The translations under genes were made by a program, and so were the position numbers. DNA of 62,673 nucleotides, counting the filler, from Choristocarpus tenellus KU-1152 (Eukaryota > Protista > Phaeophyceae), in the NCBI GenBank assembly GCA_964200185.2. It is 12 parts of 12 records of this genome, joined end to end, with 100 filler letters (N's around TTAATTAATTAA, not from the genome) between each part and the next. Parts side by side here need not be neighbours in the genome. Positions count along the whole stretch, not along the records: positions 36,038 to 42,074 come from CAXNAD020009104.1; positions 42,175 to 49,593 come from CAXNAD020006189.1; positions 49,694 to 52,400 come from CAXNAD020025443.1; 9 more parts are not named here. The stretch is one strand, 5' to 3'. The first letter of the stretch is position 1, and each line of letters begins with the position of its first letter. The notes beneath the pieces are model-generated. The model searched no databases, had not been told where the DNA came from, and saw only the letters and a list, made by a program, of their open reading frames with translations. Below are positions 39,001 through 52,190 of this stretch, in pieces.

Positions 39001-42000
39001 GGAGCTGTGACTCCAGCTCAAGCTGGTCCCGTTGATCCAACGCTTCACCACCAAGAGCCTTCCCTGCAAAATCACAAACAACAACAATGAGTTCTGACAT
39101 ATTTTTGCCTCAATGAGGTGGATTCTTGTGAGAGTTGTTTTCTGAACCAATCTTTCCAAAATGAATTTTTTTTATATTCTTGTGATGGTGAAATGAAGAG
39201 TGAGTGTGAGAATATGGTAAGATTAGACTCCAATTTCCCCTATTTGTTGACAACAAATTGTGACGTTTTGAGAGATGGCAGGTGGAAACAGATGCAAGGT
39301 GGATAAAGAGGGAATATGAAGGAATTGGTGTACATATTTGAGTAACACCACATTAACGAGTTGGGGGATGTTAAACCACCTGATGCCAACGCCGTCTTGA
39401 ACATCCTCTCAAACCCCCATTCTTCTGCATCCAGCTTTGCAAGCTAGCAATGATTTTAAATCAACAAAAGTGATAGGAATGTAAAAAGCGCAAAGAGATG
39501 GTGTAACAAGAGAGTGGGACGCATGTTATTAGACTTCAACGACACCCAGGTCACAAATATTTTCAAGCCAAGGCAGGAGCAGTGCAGCATTACAAGTTAG
39601 TTGACTGTACCTTACCAAAAAATGCCAAAACAGTAAAAAAAAAAATGTAGAGCCACGGAATCATCCTCCTGCAAGCTAAACAACAGCAACTGATCCTGCA
39701 CACGGGCATAATCCATATTACACAAAACTTTAGCAATAACAACAGCTATAGAGACAACGTATCATACATTATGAGACCCTTACCATCTCCTCCACCTCCC
39801 CAAAAGTTGGTCGTTTCTTTCGTTCTTTAGACCAGCACTTGGTGATGATCCATTTTATTTTGGCAGGCGTGTCCGGAGGCAGCTGTGGGCGCTCGTTCTT
39901 ATTGCACACACTGTACATGATTTCGCCATCGCGTTTACCCCTCCAAGGAACTTCAAGCGTGAGCACCTCCCAATACACAATAGCAAAGCTGGATTCACCA
40001 GTACAAAACAAAGCAAAAATATATTATCTCTTGACCAAAGGTCTGAGATCCATCACACAATTGTGGATAAAGAGTGTTGCAAACTGTAACAGTGCAATTG
40101 CCTCAGTTCATCAAATTATGAAATTATCCACACCATATCTAATTGAAGAAATCAGCATTTCAGTCATTTCCCCAAAATTTGTTCCTTATTCCATCATTGT
40201 GTTGGTACATCACAAGCAACACAGGTGTTTGAGATGAGTGCATTTATTGTCCTTGTACGTATACACCCAAACAATTCTGTGTATTTTGAGTTCTAACCAA
40301 AATTGCGATAACCCAATATTTCCACAGTGCAGCCAATGTCATGGACATTAGCAACAGTTTCTTCATCAAATCCAGAGCATAACATGGAACAATAGCCAAC
40401 CTCAAATACTACAACATACTGTGCTTCTGGCTATGCTCGAAAAATCAAATGTTTGCCAGTCAGCACAGACACTCACTAGTTACATGGCCTTCAGGTTTGT
40501 GCGAATCACACTTTAATCAGTATACTTCAACTTTTCAAGCCATTTCCATTTTACCTCACAGATTATTTCGGTTTACAACACAAGAAAATTAGTAACCAAT
40601 GCAATACTATTTCTCCTACCTGTAAACATCGCTAGCTCTGCTACTCTTCTCCTCTTCAAACACTTCGGGAGCAGTCCAAGCCGTGGTTCCTCCCCATACC
40701 GTGTGCAGGTCACTGCTACCTGAAGTCAACACTGTCACCACTCGTGAGAGTCCAAAATCTTCTATCTGTGATATACGTATCAAGATATCAGCAATACAGA
40801 AGTCATTCATAAATCAAACAAATGGATGAGGAGGTGATACTAGTGCAAGGTAGGAAAAATAGAGACTGCACACAGAGAGGTGCCTGCGAGGAGGAGGAGG
40901 GCTTCAACAGCAGGACACATTAGAACATCTCTCAAGAGAATCCTCAAATTCAGCATTCAAAATTTCCAAATGCATACTATAGCTCTAGAATATTTCCTGC
41001 GTCACATGAGATGAAGGGAGGTTTGTGCACGATAGAGTGGAGTCAGCAAGGATAAAAGTGAAAAAGCTGGGAAAGGTGCTGGGTTTATCACTTTTGAAGG
41101 TTTTTTAAGCACAAAGGTGTGCATAAAGAAAAACCCAGGTGAAGACTCCTGTCACGTAGCACTATTGGATTACTGTTAATTAATCACAAACATAGGCATT
41201 GTTTGTTCTTGGTTTTGAAAGGGTATCATCGAACATTGTGACCTCAAAACAAGGGACTCTGAATGTGTACAGGTTTAATAAAAGATTTTTTGTCACACAA
41301 TGAAGACATGGAAAAAAATACTCTTTTAGAAGGCGTAGGAGTGCTACACACTATGTGGACAACCAATAGCAGAAATCAACAAGACAGAAAACAATTGAGG
41401 TTTGTTGTGGTATGCTCTTATTTGCATACTTCTACCCCAAAAATGTAGAATGAATATAAATGTTGCATGAGATAATTCTTCGCTTGTATGTTTGAAGACC
41501 AGCCCGTGAAAAGTCTCCAGTATTTTGGAGAGGACACCAATAACAGTAGATACAGATACAACAGATACACTATCAAGTACATCCACATAGTCCAATACAC
41601 AGGTAATTCAAATGCTTCGATTTTATGTAGCACTCATACCTCATCTAAAAAAGGGTCTTTTCATGTCCTGGTTTTATGATAATTCTCTATCTACAGCTGT
41701 ACACATTCAGAGCCTCTTCCTCTGAGCTTCTAATGTTCTATTGTACTCTGTAAATATCAAGAACAAGAAATGCCATGTTTGCCATTATAAAACAATACTC
41801 CAACATGGCCATGCTCCTATCTCATCATCCATGTAGGAAATCAAAACATTTCACATTCGGGCATTGGCTTTGGCACCCACCTTGGCCCTACCATGACTAT
41901 CCATGATTACGTTCATAGACTTGAGATCTCCATGTACAATATTATTGGAGTGTATATATTTCATGCCAGCCACAACATCCGCGATGATTTTTTTCTGTAC

Positions 42001-42038
42001 TTCTTCTTCCATGAACCCAGCTGCCTTAGCACCATTCA
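36038..42038 (-). CDS. Protein kinase (TKL-like), subdomains VIa-XI plus helical C-terminal region, spliced, both ends missing
   Basis: Phase-consistent exons ~42038-41881, 40765-40620, 39988-39784, 39443-39380, 39063-38816, 37976-37908, 36214-36038. Motifs: HGDLKSMNV, DFGLSR, GTTAWTAPE, SDVYSFAIVYWE, VPW, RPQLP, CW...RPTF. Confidence 0.9.
41160..41810. mobile_element. Old long-TIR/fold-back element in a kinase intron
   Basis: ~41160-41350 is a diverged reverse complement of ~41625-41810. Shared blocks include ctctgaatgtgtacag, ttgttcttg and gagtgctaca. Confidence 0.65.
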
Positions 42039-43443
42039 GCGAAGTCCTTGAATGGTGCTAAGGTAGCTGGGTTCNNNNNNNNNNNNNNNNNNNNNNNNNN
42101 NNNNNNNNNNNNNNNNNNTTAATTAATTAANNNNNNNNNNNNNNNNNNNNNNNNNNNNNNNNNNNNNNNNNNNNGATTCCCCTGTTTAATTGATTGTTCC
42201 ATTACTCCATACATATTTTACCATAACTGTCCGATAGAGTTGGAAGAGTCTAATCGAACATCCTTCACGAGGAACCCATTTGCCACCACCGCTCAATCTG
42301 ATCCGTCTTCACAACAGGGGATATTTTTTTTATGGAATATGCATATATTATTATACCCTCTGACATTTTCCAGATGTGTCAGGGGAAAAGTCAACAAAAA
42401 CTATTTACATTTCACAATATACCCTAAATAAAAAAGTAACAGTTGTCATAAATGTGTAAAACATGAATCTATTCGCTATGTTACTACCAGTTATGCTACA
42501 CCGTTCCCTTCCTGTGCCTCTAACTTAGCTTAGTCCTGTACTCCAGGGTGAGGGGCTAGGGAGTCATCCCACGAATTTAACAAGCCCCTCCTTCCTTATC
42601 TCTATGGTGTCTCCACCTTACTTAAAGCGCACGAACAGTCTAAACATGCCTACCTATGTTGTGACAGAAACTGTCGTAGATCGAATTTGACAACATATAT
42701 ACATGTCATCAATGTTCTTGATAACTACTCCTAACTAAGGAAAAATATTATCCCCACTGTATATATAACCATTGGTGATGACCCTTCTTCAATCTAATTC
42801 GTGTTGATGGAGGATATTGTTTTAAGGTGTACATATTTATATTATTATGCCCTCTGACATATCATCACTATTATTGATAACTACACCTAAAGAAAAAGAT
42901 TATCCCCACTGTATTAATATGCAAACCCATCTATGAAAACGCCTAACCCTAAGTGCAACCCTAGGCGAGTTGGTAGACTAATAGGAACTCAACCGAAGCA
43001 CTACATTGGACAGGTTGCCTTTTTCATTGCATAAGGAAGCCAGGAAACGATCAAATACGAGGAGGAATCTAGAGAGTGCATTCTGAGTCCCTACGTGGAA
43101 AGCGTACGTTTGAAACTGGCGATCAACATGATCTGTCATTGAAGCTGTAGACCTCGACAAAGGGGCTTTGTCTTTGAGAACTTTTGCCAGTTTGGTTGCT
43201 CCTCCAAGCCCACACCTTTTCATCTGTTAGACTAGGTTTATCACCATGCATAATGGAGGAGATGATTTTGGTGAGGAACAGCCTGGTGTTGAGTAATATT
43301 GTCCTTGAGGAGTGCCAACACGGCCTCCTCCCCTATGACCAACTTGCTCTCCACTACGCCTGTCCCGAAAGCGTTCATCTTCTTATTTTCTAAAGTATGC
43401 ACTTTTATTTCATTATTTTGGTTCATCCCATCCACTGTACGCC

Positions 43444-46400
43444 ATGATAACCGACCCCCCACTTGCGTCTTATGCAGGGGAGGACTTTGGTCAGAAGATT
43501 GACCTTACTGTGCGTATACGAGAGATCCTGCGAAATTACCCCGAGGGCACGTCTATCCTAAAAGAGCTAGTTCAGAATGCCGACGATGCCGGTGCAAGAG
43601 AAGTGCGACTCTGCCTCGATCTTCGACAGCACTCCGCTACTGGTCTGCCCAGCCTGGCACTCGCGCAGTTCCAGGGCGCAGCTCTCCTGGCATACAATGA
43701 TGGCGTTTTCACAGATACAGATTTCAGGTTCGAATGCCCTCCGTTAACCTTCCAAAACGATAACAGCTTTGCTTGAAGATATGCATCGGTGCTTCTGTTG
43801 CTTGTATGTTCTCTGTCGATGGGCTTGCAAGAGTCAAAGTGCAGTCTTTTGCAATGAACTGGACGCACTTCCTTGTGCAATAATTTTCATCCCATTGCCT
43901 CTTTCTTACCTCCTCCTTTCTTACGCACTATGTCCCTTCGGGGCCCTGCCCTTCCCTCTACCTTATACCCCCCTCCACACACCTCATGTGTACTAAAATT
44001 GAATATCATACAGATCGATCCAGCGGATTGGCGACTCCCTCAAGAAGGCGTCCTCAAAGGGTGGGAAAACAGGTACGAGGGTTGAGGTGTGTTGTTATGT
44101 CTTTTCACACTCGGTTTTGAAGTTTAGACTTTGGAAGTAAATTGAATGCTCTATGCGGTAATAGTGTGTCCATTGTGCGTATGTTATCTATGCATGCTCC
44201 TCAACTACATCCAGTTGTGGCAGAGGAGTCAAGGCAACGGCTGTGTGTGTGTGTGTGTTGTTGTTGATGCCTTTGAATTTGGTTGTGTGATGACTGGTGT
44301 ATGTAGTCTGTAAAGGTACATAGGGTTATTCCTCCACCCAAAATGATCACTTTGGAAGGAGAAACCTTGTGAGCAAGAATTTGTTGAAGAATGGTGAGTT
44401 GATCTTACTGCTAGTGGGGTTGCAGTCTACGTATCGCAAGGGATGCTTTATGTAAAAGAGTGCTTCATGTCAAAAATTAACCTGGCAACCAACATCTGAA
44501 ACACAATTTCCTTGTTGAGGGCTGAAGGGGGGGAAAGAAAGCATTGCAGAATGTTTTTGGCAGGGCACGTTTTGAAAGGAGGGATTTTTGATGCACAACC
44601 AAGTTGTCGGATCCACCAGCCTCTTTCCTATCCCATACCATCACACCTCAGATCCTTCATCTGTTGCTGTCCCATGTTCCCTTTAATCAAGCACTGCTAT
44701 TGGAGATAGTTAAGGCTGCCATACTGAATGGCCTTGAACACTGCCCCACTCTCTCCATCTTTGCACCTGCTCATGCTCCTTGTTACTCTGTTGTCCCCTC
44801 ATTTCTCAAGGCCGGTTCGGCATTGGATTCAACTCTGTGTATCACCTTACGGAGCTGCCGGCTTTTGTTTCTGCGAGTAGGTGGTGCAGCTTTGACCCGC
44901 AGGCCGCCTTCTTACCCAATGTAAACCCAGCAAACCCAGGAAAGATGGTGGAGTTCCTAAAGTACCCGGAGATTATTGAGCGTTTCCCAGACCAGGTACA
45001 TACCCTGCCTCACATGTGTGTATCTGTGTGTGATTATGCTTGTGTACTTGGAACCAGTTTTGAAGTCTGATTGATGGATTTGTTCGTGATTTTTTGTTTA
45101 CATGTGACCTTTGATCTGTGTACAGACCCCGTGTATGTATGTATGCCTGTGTGCATGTGTGCGTGTGCCTTTTGTATATGTTTGGTTTGTTTCGTACATG
45201 ATTGATCTCAGAGTAGGTCAAATATCCCTCCCAAATAACTTGAACTCCAAAGTAAGTACTAGGTGTATGGAAATATAGTCCACACCCAAAGCAAATTGCA
45301 ATGAAGTGCTGATAAGGAGAGTCGGACAATTTGATTTATTTATTTTTGTGGAATTTACCAAACGTGCCGTCTAGTTGATTTTCCTGCGTCAGTACTATCT
45401 ACCCTACCCTATATTTTTGTGGTGGAGCTTGCTATTTTAAAGATCAGGAGATGAAGGCTGAGTTTTATTATGCCATACAGTAGAACTTAAGAAAGGGCAA
45501 ATTATGGTGTGACCTCTTTACTTTGTTGGACCATACTTTGTATGATGTAGCTTGGAACTGGTCGTAACCCACCCTAGAGGGTATGGACGCACTTAATTGA
45601 ATTTATGTTTTTGTTTCTTGTCAGTTTTAGCTTTGTTAGTATCTGTATCTCATTATAGAAAGTGAAGCATGTGCTAGTGATGTTTTTATTTACCTATGGT
45701 AATTTTATTTTCTATGTACCTGGTGGTACTTAGCGAGTGCCTGGTGGTACTTTTAATGTCCCTGGTGGTACTTTGATTGTACCTGGTGGTACTTTGATTG
45801 TACCTGGTAGTGTGTTATATTTTCCCGATGGTACTTTTATGTATCTTGTGGTACTTCATATATGCCTTGTTGTGGTCCTTTTAGATACAAAGTGCAAGCC
45901 TGCGCACGGGGGTAGTTTATTTGCAGCATCATAATATTTGTCAACAAACTACCCATCTTTGACCCTCAAGTCATTTTTTTGTTGACCCTTGGGTGATTCT
46001 ATGTGGTGGCAAAAGTATTGCCTGAATTATGGTGTTGATTTCTGTGTAGTTTTGCTGAAAATATTCTAAACCTTGTTGCCGAGTAGAGATGTTGGGGAGG
46101 GAACTTGTTCTAAAACAGGTGTAAGTTTCCGTTCCAAACAAAATATAACCTTACGACTAGAAACTCAGCAATGAAGAAAGGATCACTTTTTTCGCCTATA
46201 ATTTCTAGTGACTCTCTGGGGCGAATGACTCTGTTGAGATGATTTGTTGGAGAAAGTACAGCAGTGCCCCAGAACTGTAACATGACTTCAGAAACATCTG
46301 CATGATTTTCTTAGGGTTGGTTCTATATACTAGACCTGCTTTGACTGGTTCAATGAACTCTTCAGGTGCAGATGAAATCGTGAACATGCTTTGTGGCTGT

Positions 46401-46893
46401 GTGTGTCTCGTAGAACTTTGAATAGTTGCTGGTCCCAACTTGTGGCTGGGGTTGGAGGTCTCCAAGAGGAGTCATTTGGATTAGACCCGCAAAAGATCCA
46501 TTCACCGGCGCCGCTTTGAAGTGTACTGGGTAGGTCCTGATCAGGTGTCGAAAACGCAGGGGTCAAGGTTGCAGATGCTCGTCTGTAGGCTCGAAAGGTT
46601 TTGGGAGTTGGAGGGTGGGATGAAGGGGTTGTGGAATGTTGCAGTTTCAACTTCTGTTCTCAAAGTTACGTACTATTGGTCCTTTTTTTAGGACTCGTGG
46701 ACTAGAACCGTGCGGTGTAGGGGGTTAGGGTTAGGGAGGTACTTGGGTCGTGAATCAACTAGTACATTACACGTGATCGCCGCTTGAAAGCATGGAACGG
46801 TTCTGTCTTGTCCTCTCATTCCAAGGGTCTCTGAAATTCGACTGCAGTGTGCTCAATACATACACCCACCAGCTCATACTTCTTCCCCCGCCC

Positions 46894-46949
<56 letters not shown>

Positions 46950-49262
46950 TCATGTGCGCTTTTCTCCCTGCCCTAACCCTGTCCCCAGTTCTCCCCTTTG
47001 TACGCCTTTGGGTGTGACCTACGCTCCGAGTTTGCAGGAACCCTGTTCCGCTTCCCGTTGCGAACGCCTGCTCAGGCGCTGACCTCCCGACTGTCCAGAC
47101 AGGCCCACGGGGTGGAGGATGTCCGGCAGCTTCTTGAGAATTTTTCCAGGGAGTCGACCGGGATGCTCCTTTTCCTGAAGCATGTGGAGCGCATGACGGT
47201 GTACGAGTGGGCTCAGGGAATGGATGCGCCTACCCAGGTGATGGGGGTGTGATGTAGGAAACGTCTGGTGGGAATGTGGGGGCCGGGTCTGGTGCTCTGG
47301 GGCTGAGGCTGGTTCAGGGGGTGGGGCGGAGAAGATGTTGCAGATGTTGGGAGGTAGGAGGTTGGTTTGTTTTAAGGGAATGTGGGTTGGGTCTGAGGAA
47401 GTGGCTAGGTAATGTGTTCTATTGCTCCCTGTTGCCCTCAATCAGCTCCTGCTTGGGTGTGTCCACACCAGTCTTGTGTTTTTTCCTTGAGCATCTTGGT
47501 CGTTTAGGTCTTCAGGGTTGTGTGTGTCCTCCTGACACTGGCCATTCCCCAATGCAAGTCAGAGTGAGTACCAATGTGTGTCGATTACTGAGTTCTCTGG
47601 GATGGGGGTGATGAGAACCACCTGGGACCAGGTTCAAGGATGGAAGTGAGAGAGAGGGGGAATCAAGACCACGTCTCTCAAAAAGGGATCAAGTGAAAAA
47701 GAACGAAGCAGACGCCTCAGAATGTCTGGGTGGTGACAACAGCAGCTGCAAGATGGCCTTTCAATATGGGATGAGCCTTTGGTCTGAATTGTGTTCTTTG
47801 CTGTTCGTCCAGACCAAGATATTTTGTGTCTTATCCATTAACTGTTCCCTTGAACAGCCAAAAGGGCTAAAGCTGGCGTGCAAAATGTGTATGTCTCCCC
47901 ACAGTTCCTCATCTTCATATCCCAGAGATGCTAAAATGGGACCTGTCCTTGATGCACATTGCAATTTGTAGTACCGAGTATACTATGAAGTAAACTATGG
48001 TGTTGTACTTTGTTGTACTTTGTTGTACTTTTGTGGTTAGCTGGTACCTAGTAACTTAAGGGATGGTGTTGAAGACAGTGGTTGTGAAATGTGAGATAGG
48101 ATGAAGCAACACCAGAATGTTTCAGGTCCCTTATGGGGAGAATCCTTACGGGGAGATCAAGTTGGGACATGCATGGGGGGGTGGGACAAAGGCTGGAAGC
48201 AGAAGCCTGGATTGCTTGTATTGATGCCTGTCCTTGGCCGGTTGAGTCTCTGAGCATTGTGTGACAGTTGATTTTTTTTTTCCAGTTTAAGTCAGTGAAA
48301 GCAGCACTAAAGAAGTGGGAGTGTATGTTTTCATGGAGGTTTGTTTGGTTGTTAGTGTCTGAACTATGAAGACCTGTTTCTTTCGGGTGCATGATCACCT
48401 AGTGTATGAGTATGTTTTGGAGGTCTCGAACCAAAAGGTTTTTGTTCTTGTTTGTTTATCCTGGAGTGCAACCCAAAAGGTTATGTTTTTCTGTTCTTGG
48501 GTGAACTTTTCCCATGCACAAGGAATGTCCTTCTACGGAGTGGACTTAGGTATGAGATGAGTGAGGGTAGTGAGGAAGAGACTACGACCTGCTTCCCTGA
48601 GAAATATTACCTCTCCATCTTCAAGGCAGAGGTTGATCCTCTCCCCCCCCTCCGTGAATACCTTCCCTCCCCTCGACAACTTAACTGGCCTTGTCCAGCT
48701 GTCATCTATTCACAAAGAGCTCCCCTTGAAGGCATATTTCTTTTTCTTTTTTGTCCCTGAAAATTGTAAATGCATGATATGGTACCATTTTTGTAGTTGT
48801 GATTTTTGTAGTTGTGATTTTTGTTCACGTGGTTTTTGTAAGACTGTAAGAGGCGACCTAATCGCGCAACCAAATCGCCTTGGACACCCAACAAACCTCT
48901 ACCTAACTGCCCCATTCGTCTTTTTAGTCAAATCACCACGCACCCAGGAACTTGCCCTATGCATGGCTCCTCGATGTACCTCCTTACCCAAGCAACCTTC
49001 TTCTATGTGCTGTACCACACACTGCCTACTGCACCTACTTGAAACTGTTACAATGTTGTGTATGTTTGTTGTGTATGTCCAAAGCTTCACTGCACATACA
49101 TCCCAAGCCCGTCCGCTGGACTACGGAGAGCACGTGCGTATGCTATGTCTGCCGCTGCTTCTGATACTGGGGGGGGAGGGGGTGGAGTTGGGGCACATGT
49201 GGCACCTGTGCTAGCAGATTATGACATGGACATTGTCTCGGAGCCTGGGGTGCAGGGTTGTG
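43444..49262 (+). CDS. Sacsin-like protein (Hsp90/GHKL-like sacsin repeat region), 5' part, spliced
   Basis: Exons 43444-43727, 44014-44072, 44811-44995, 46989-47237 and probably 49085-49262. Motifs FGQKIDLTVRIREILRNYPEGTSILKELVQNADDAGA, YNDGVFTDTDF, GRFGIGFNSVYHLTELP, FDP, GTLFRFPLR and LLFLKHV are characteristic of sacsin. Confidence 0.93.
45716..45862 (+). repeat. 21-bp minisatellite (gtacctggtggtactttgatt-like), ~7 units, intronic
   Basis: Read directly; units decay towards the 3' side. Confidence 0.85.
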
Positions 49263-49859
49263 GTAAGTTTTTGTTGATTCCGTGGTGGTCATGGTGACAA
49301 TTGTTCGATAGTCGTGTTGTGTGTCTTGCTGCTTGATGCTGCTGCAGGAGTGTGATGTCTGTAGGGATGACCAACTGACTGACTGGGGCTTGTGCGTACT
49401 TGTGCTTATGGGATTACTGCAATGCTGTTAAGGAGGAGAGGTTTTCGTTTTTTTTCAAGAAGGCGGTATCTCTGGAGAGAATGACCCCTCTAGTCAGATC
49501 TCATGAATGCCCCCACTTCCCCGTTGCCATGGTCCCTCCCACCTTCCCTCCCACCTTCCCTTCAACCTTCCCCCCCCCCCCCCCCTTCCCCCCNNNNNNN
49601 NNNNNNNNNNNNNNNNNNNNNNNNNNNNNNNNNNNNNTTAATTAATTAANNNNNNNNNNNNNNNNNNNNNNNNNNNNNNNNNNNNNNNNNNNNCGCTCAG
49701 AGGTACTGTATTCAAACCACCGTAAACTGAAAGAACTATGTTCTTCCTGGCGGTATCCTACTCCTTCACCCTGACACATTGTGCACACTCTCGCCTTGAA
49801 ATACAAGAAAAAAAATGTATACAACAACATATACATTTATCCTCCGTATATGTTCACAG

Positions 49860-52190
49860 GGTACAGATTGGGACCGACGATGATTTTTACGCAAACGTCA
49901 AAGAGAGGTTTGAGATGGAGGCAATGTCTGGACCGATACCGTGCCTGTCCACATTCGTGACCCTTCTACATCACCAAGGCCACTCAAAAGTGTGTTGAGC
50001 AACACAACCGTTTCAAATTAATGTTCCAGCAGACGTACAACATAGGACCACGCAAACACTCAACACGTTCCATAGTACCACCAACTCAACAGCCATGCAC
50101 ACATCAATTTTACCCCTCGACTACCATAACAAAACAATTGGGACCTCCCTACCTTACGACATGCGTTTGTGTTTACCACATGACCAGCGACCTATTGGTC
50201 CAAAGCTGGAGGGAAAACTGGAACAAAGTACACTCGAGGACGGTGGTTAATGTCAATGGCCAACGCACTTGCGCCTGTACCTGCGACTTGTGCGACAAGG
50301 GCAAAGGATGCGGTTCTGAAGATGTGAAGACTGCACTCGAGAGCGCTTTCCATTTGGTGGACTTCCTCCTGTAAGTAATTTATGCTGGTTCAAAGCTAGA
50401 ACAACATCCAACTAACGCTAACCACGACAACATCTATACCCTAGATACCATCCTCTCCAACCAACATGCAATCGAAATAGCTGCTCTCAATCCACGTTAC
50501 ACATGTCCGTGTAAATGTCTACAAATTGCCCCCACACATACACAACCATATAATGTGTATGTTGGGATGTAAATTAATCCTCCCACCACGATTCAAAACT
50601 GACTGCCCAAGTGTGAGAGGATCATCCTGGAGCCCCTCGGCAAGCAGTCCACGGGTGGTTCAGAAGGTGGTTATAGAAGTTCTTGTGTGGATGGTACCTT
50701 GTATGATCAACGCCCACAGTACCATGGCAACATGGAATGAGTTTGTCTACGAATACACCCCGATTGTGGAGGGGGACCTAGAAGGAAAGACCTCCAACGA
50801 GATCAAGGTGTGTGAGGTATGGCTATGTAAGGGAAACCCAATAGCACCATATTTGTCATATATACAATCATACTCCCCCCACTGTTGTAATATTGGACAG
50901 GACTCTTTGGGACATATGTATATTTAGAAAAAAGAAAAAGCAACTTCAATAACACGTCGCCCACTATCACTGCACACCATCCCTGTCTTCACTTGCCATG
51001 CCGAAGGCACTGTCCTCTCGTCTTGAGCTCATCTCCGGCAACGGCACAACGAAGGATGAAATGATGGAGAGGACCAAGGCCAATCATACCGTATTCAGGG
51101 CCAAGAATCTCATGACTGACGATTTTATCCTCGCCAATTGCATGGCGGGCGAGTCAAACTCCAACTTGAGGAGGACAACAACCGAAGAGAATTACGATGA
51201 AGACGACACAGGGTATTCAGACAAGGCTAACATGAAGTGAAAGGTCAGTATGTTGTCAAGACCAAAGGGATGGTGAATATCGCAAGTGTGACGATGTTTT
51301 TGTCTTTCCTGAAAGAACCCCCTCCCACAACCTCTAGCAACACACGATTTTCCACAACAGCAAACATGTTACTAGGAAGAATGGGTCTCTTGTTCCAATA
51401 ACACTAACCGGAATTACTGCCCCCCCATCAGGTCCTATTCCCACGGACGGAGGGGTTCCTTACACTCCTTGAGGTCCTCTTCACCAACTTCCACTATATT
51501 CTTTTCCTTCATCACAACACGACCATCTGGCAGGCGTGGCAGTATAAGCATTGCAAATCCCCCAAAAGGCCACACTGCCATGTATATGGACTTCAGTTCC
51601 CAACTTCCACACAACCGCCAGGACTTGACACAACAAGAATTTTTCAATCTATTGTTGACAGCGCTCCTGACATTGTTTGGTGGTTGAGGGATACGAGAGA
51701 AAAGGGAAATCTGGGGAAGGGAAGGATCTGGGCTCATAGCACTACAATATGTAGCGAAGACCAAAGCCAGGACAACAAGTTTGTTCAAAACATTGTGGAG
51801 ATGTTTCTCAGCAACAACCAAATACGTTTGGCCTGGGAATACAGGTAGACCTTGGATGTCCTCTACATCTGGTGCGGAAGTCAATGCGAAACTCGGTGGC
51901 AGATGTGGTGGGTTTCCCAAGCGATTGCAAGGATGGGGATTGCAGTGGTACACAGCTTCTTCTCCTCGTGCCACGGAAAATCCATGTCAGATGGAGTCGG
52001 AGCTGTGGTGAAGTCAGCCGCCAGGAGGCTTGAGCTAAACGGGGTACGGATGCCGGGAACCTCATCCTTGGTGGAGACAACCAAGGCGACGAAGACACAG
52101 CACACATTAAGGTATCCAATGCCAGAGGAAGAGGGGCGCCTCCATAGGGACTGCAAGGTTCCTCCAGGACAGACTGTCGTCACTAAGGTC
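49860..52190 (+). pseudogene. Intron-containing Sola2-like DDD transposase, decayed
   Basis: Motifs in the order I recall for Sola2 transposases: LSTF, TCVCVYH (CxCxxH), FLHH..IWQ, MYMDFSSQLPHNRQDLTQQEFF (cf. DFxENY..Q...QSxHW), YIW-CGSQ (cf. WSDGxxxQ, SDG missing) and FFSSCHGKSMSDGVGAVVKSAA (cf. HGKxxxDGxGGxxK). Stops and frameshifts present. Confidence 0.7.

Noticed and set aside
42013-42074. 26-bp-arm hairpin at the contig end
   Set aside because: One arm is kinase coding sequence and the other runs exactly to the contig end, typical of a fold-back library or assembly chimera.
45716-45862. Possible CRISPR-like array
   Set aside because: Contiguous 21-bp units with no unique spacers, inside an intron, with no cas genes. 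It is a minisatellite.
46792-47082. Polyproline ORF
   Set aside because: It derives from a poly-C run in the intron before the real sacsin exon at 46989. The run length may itself be unreliable.
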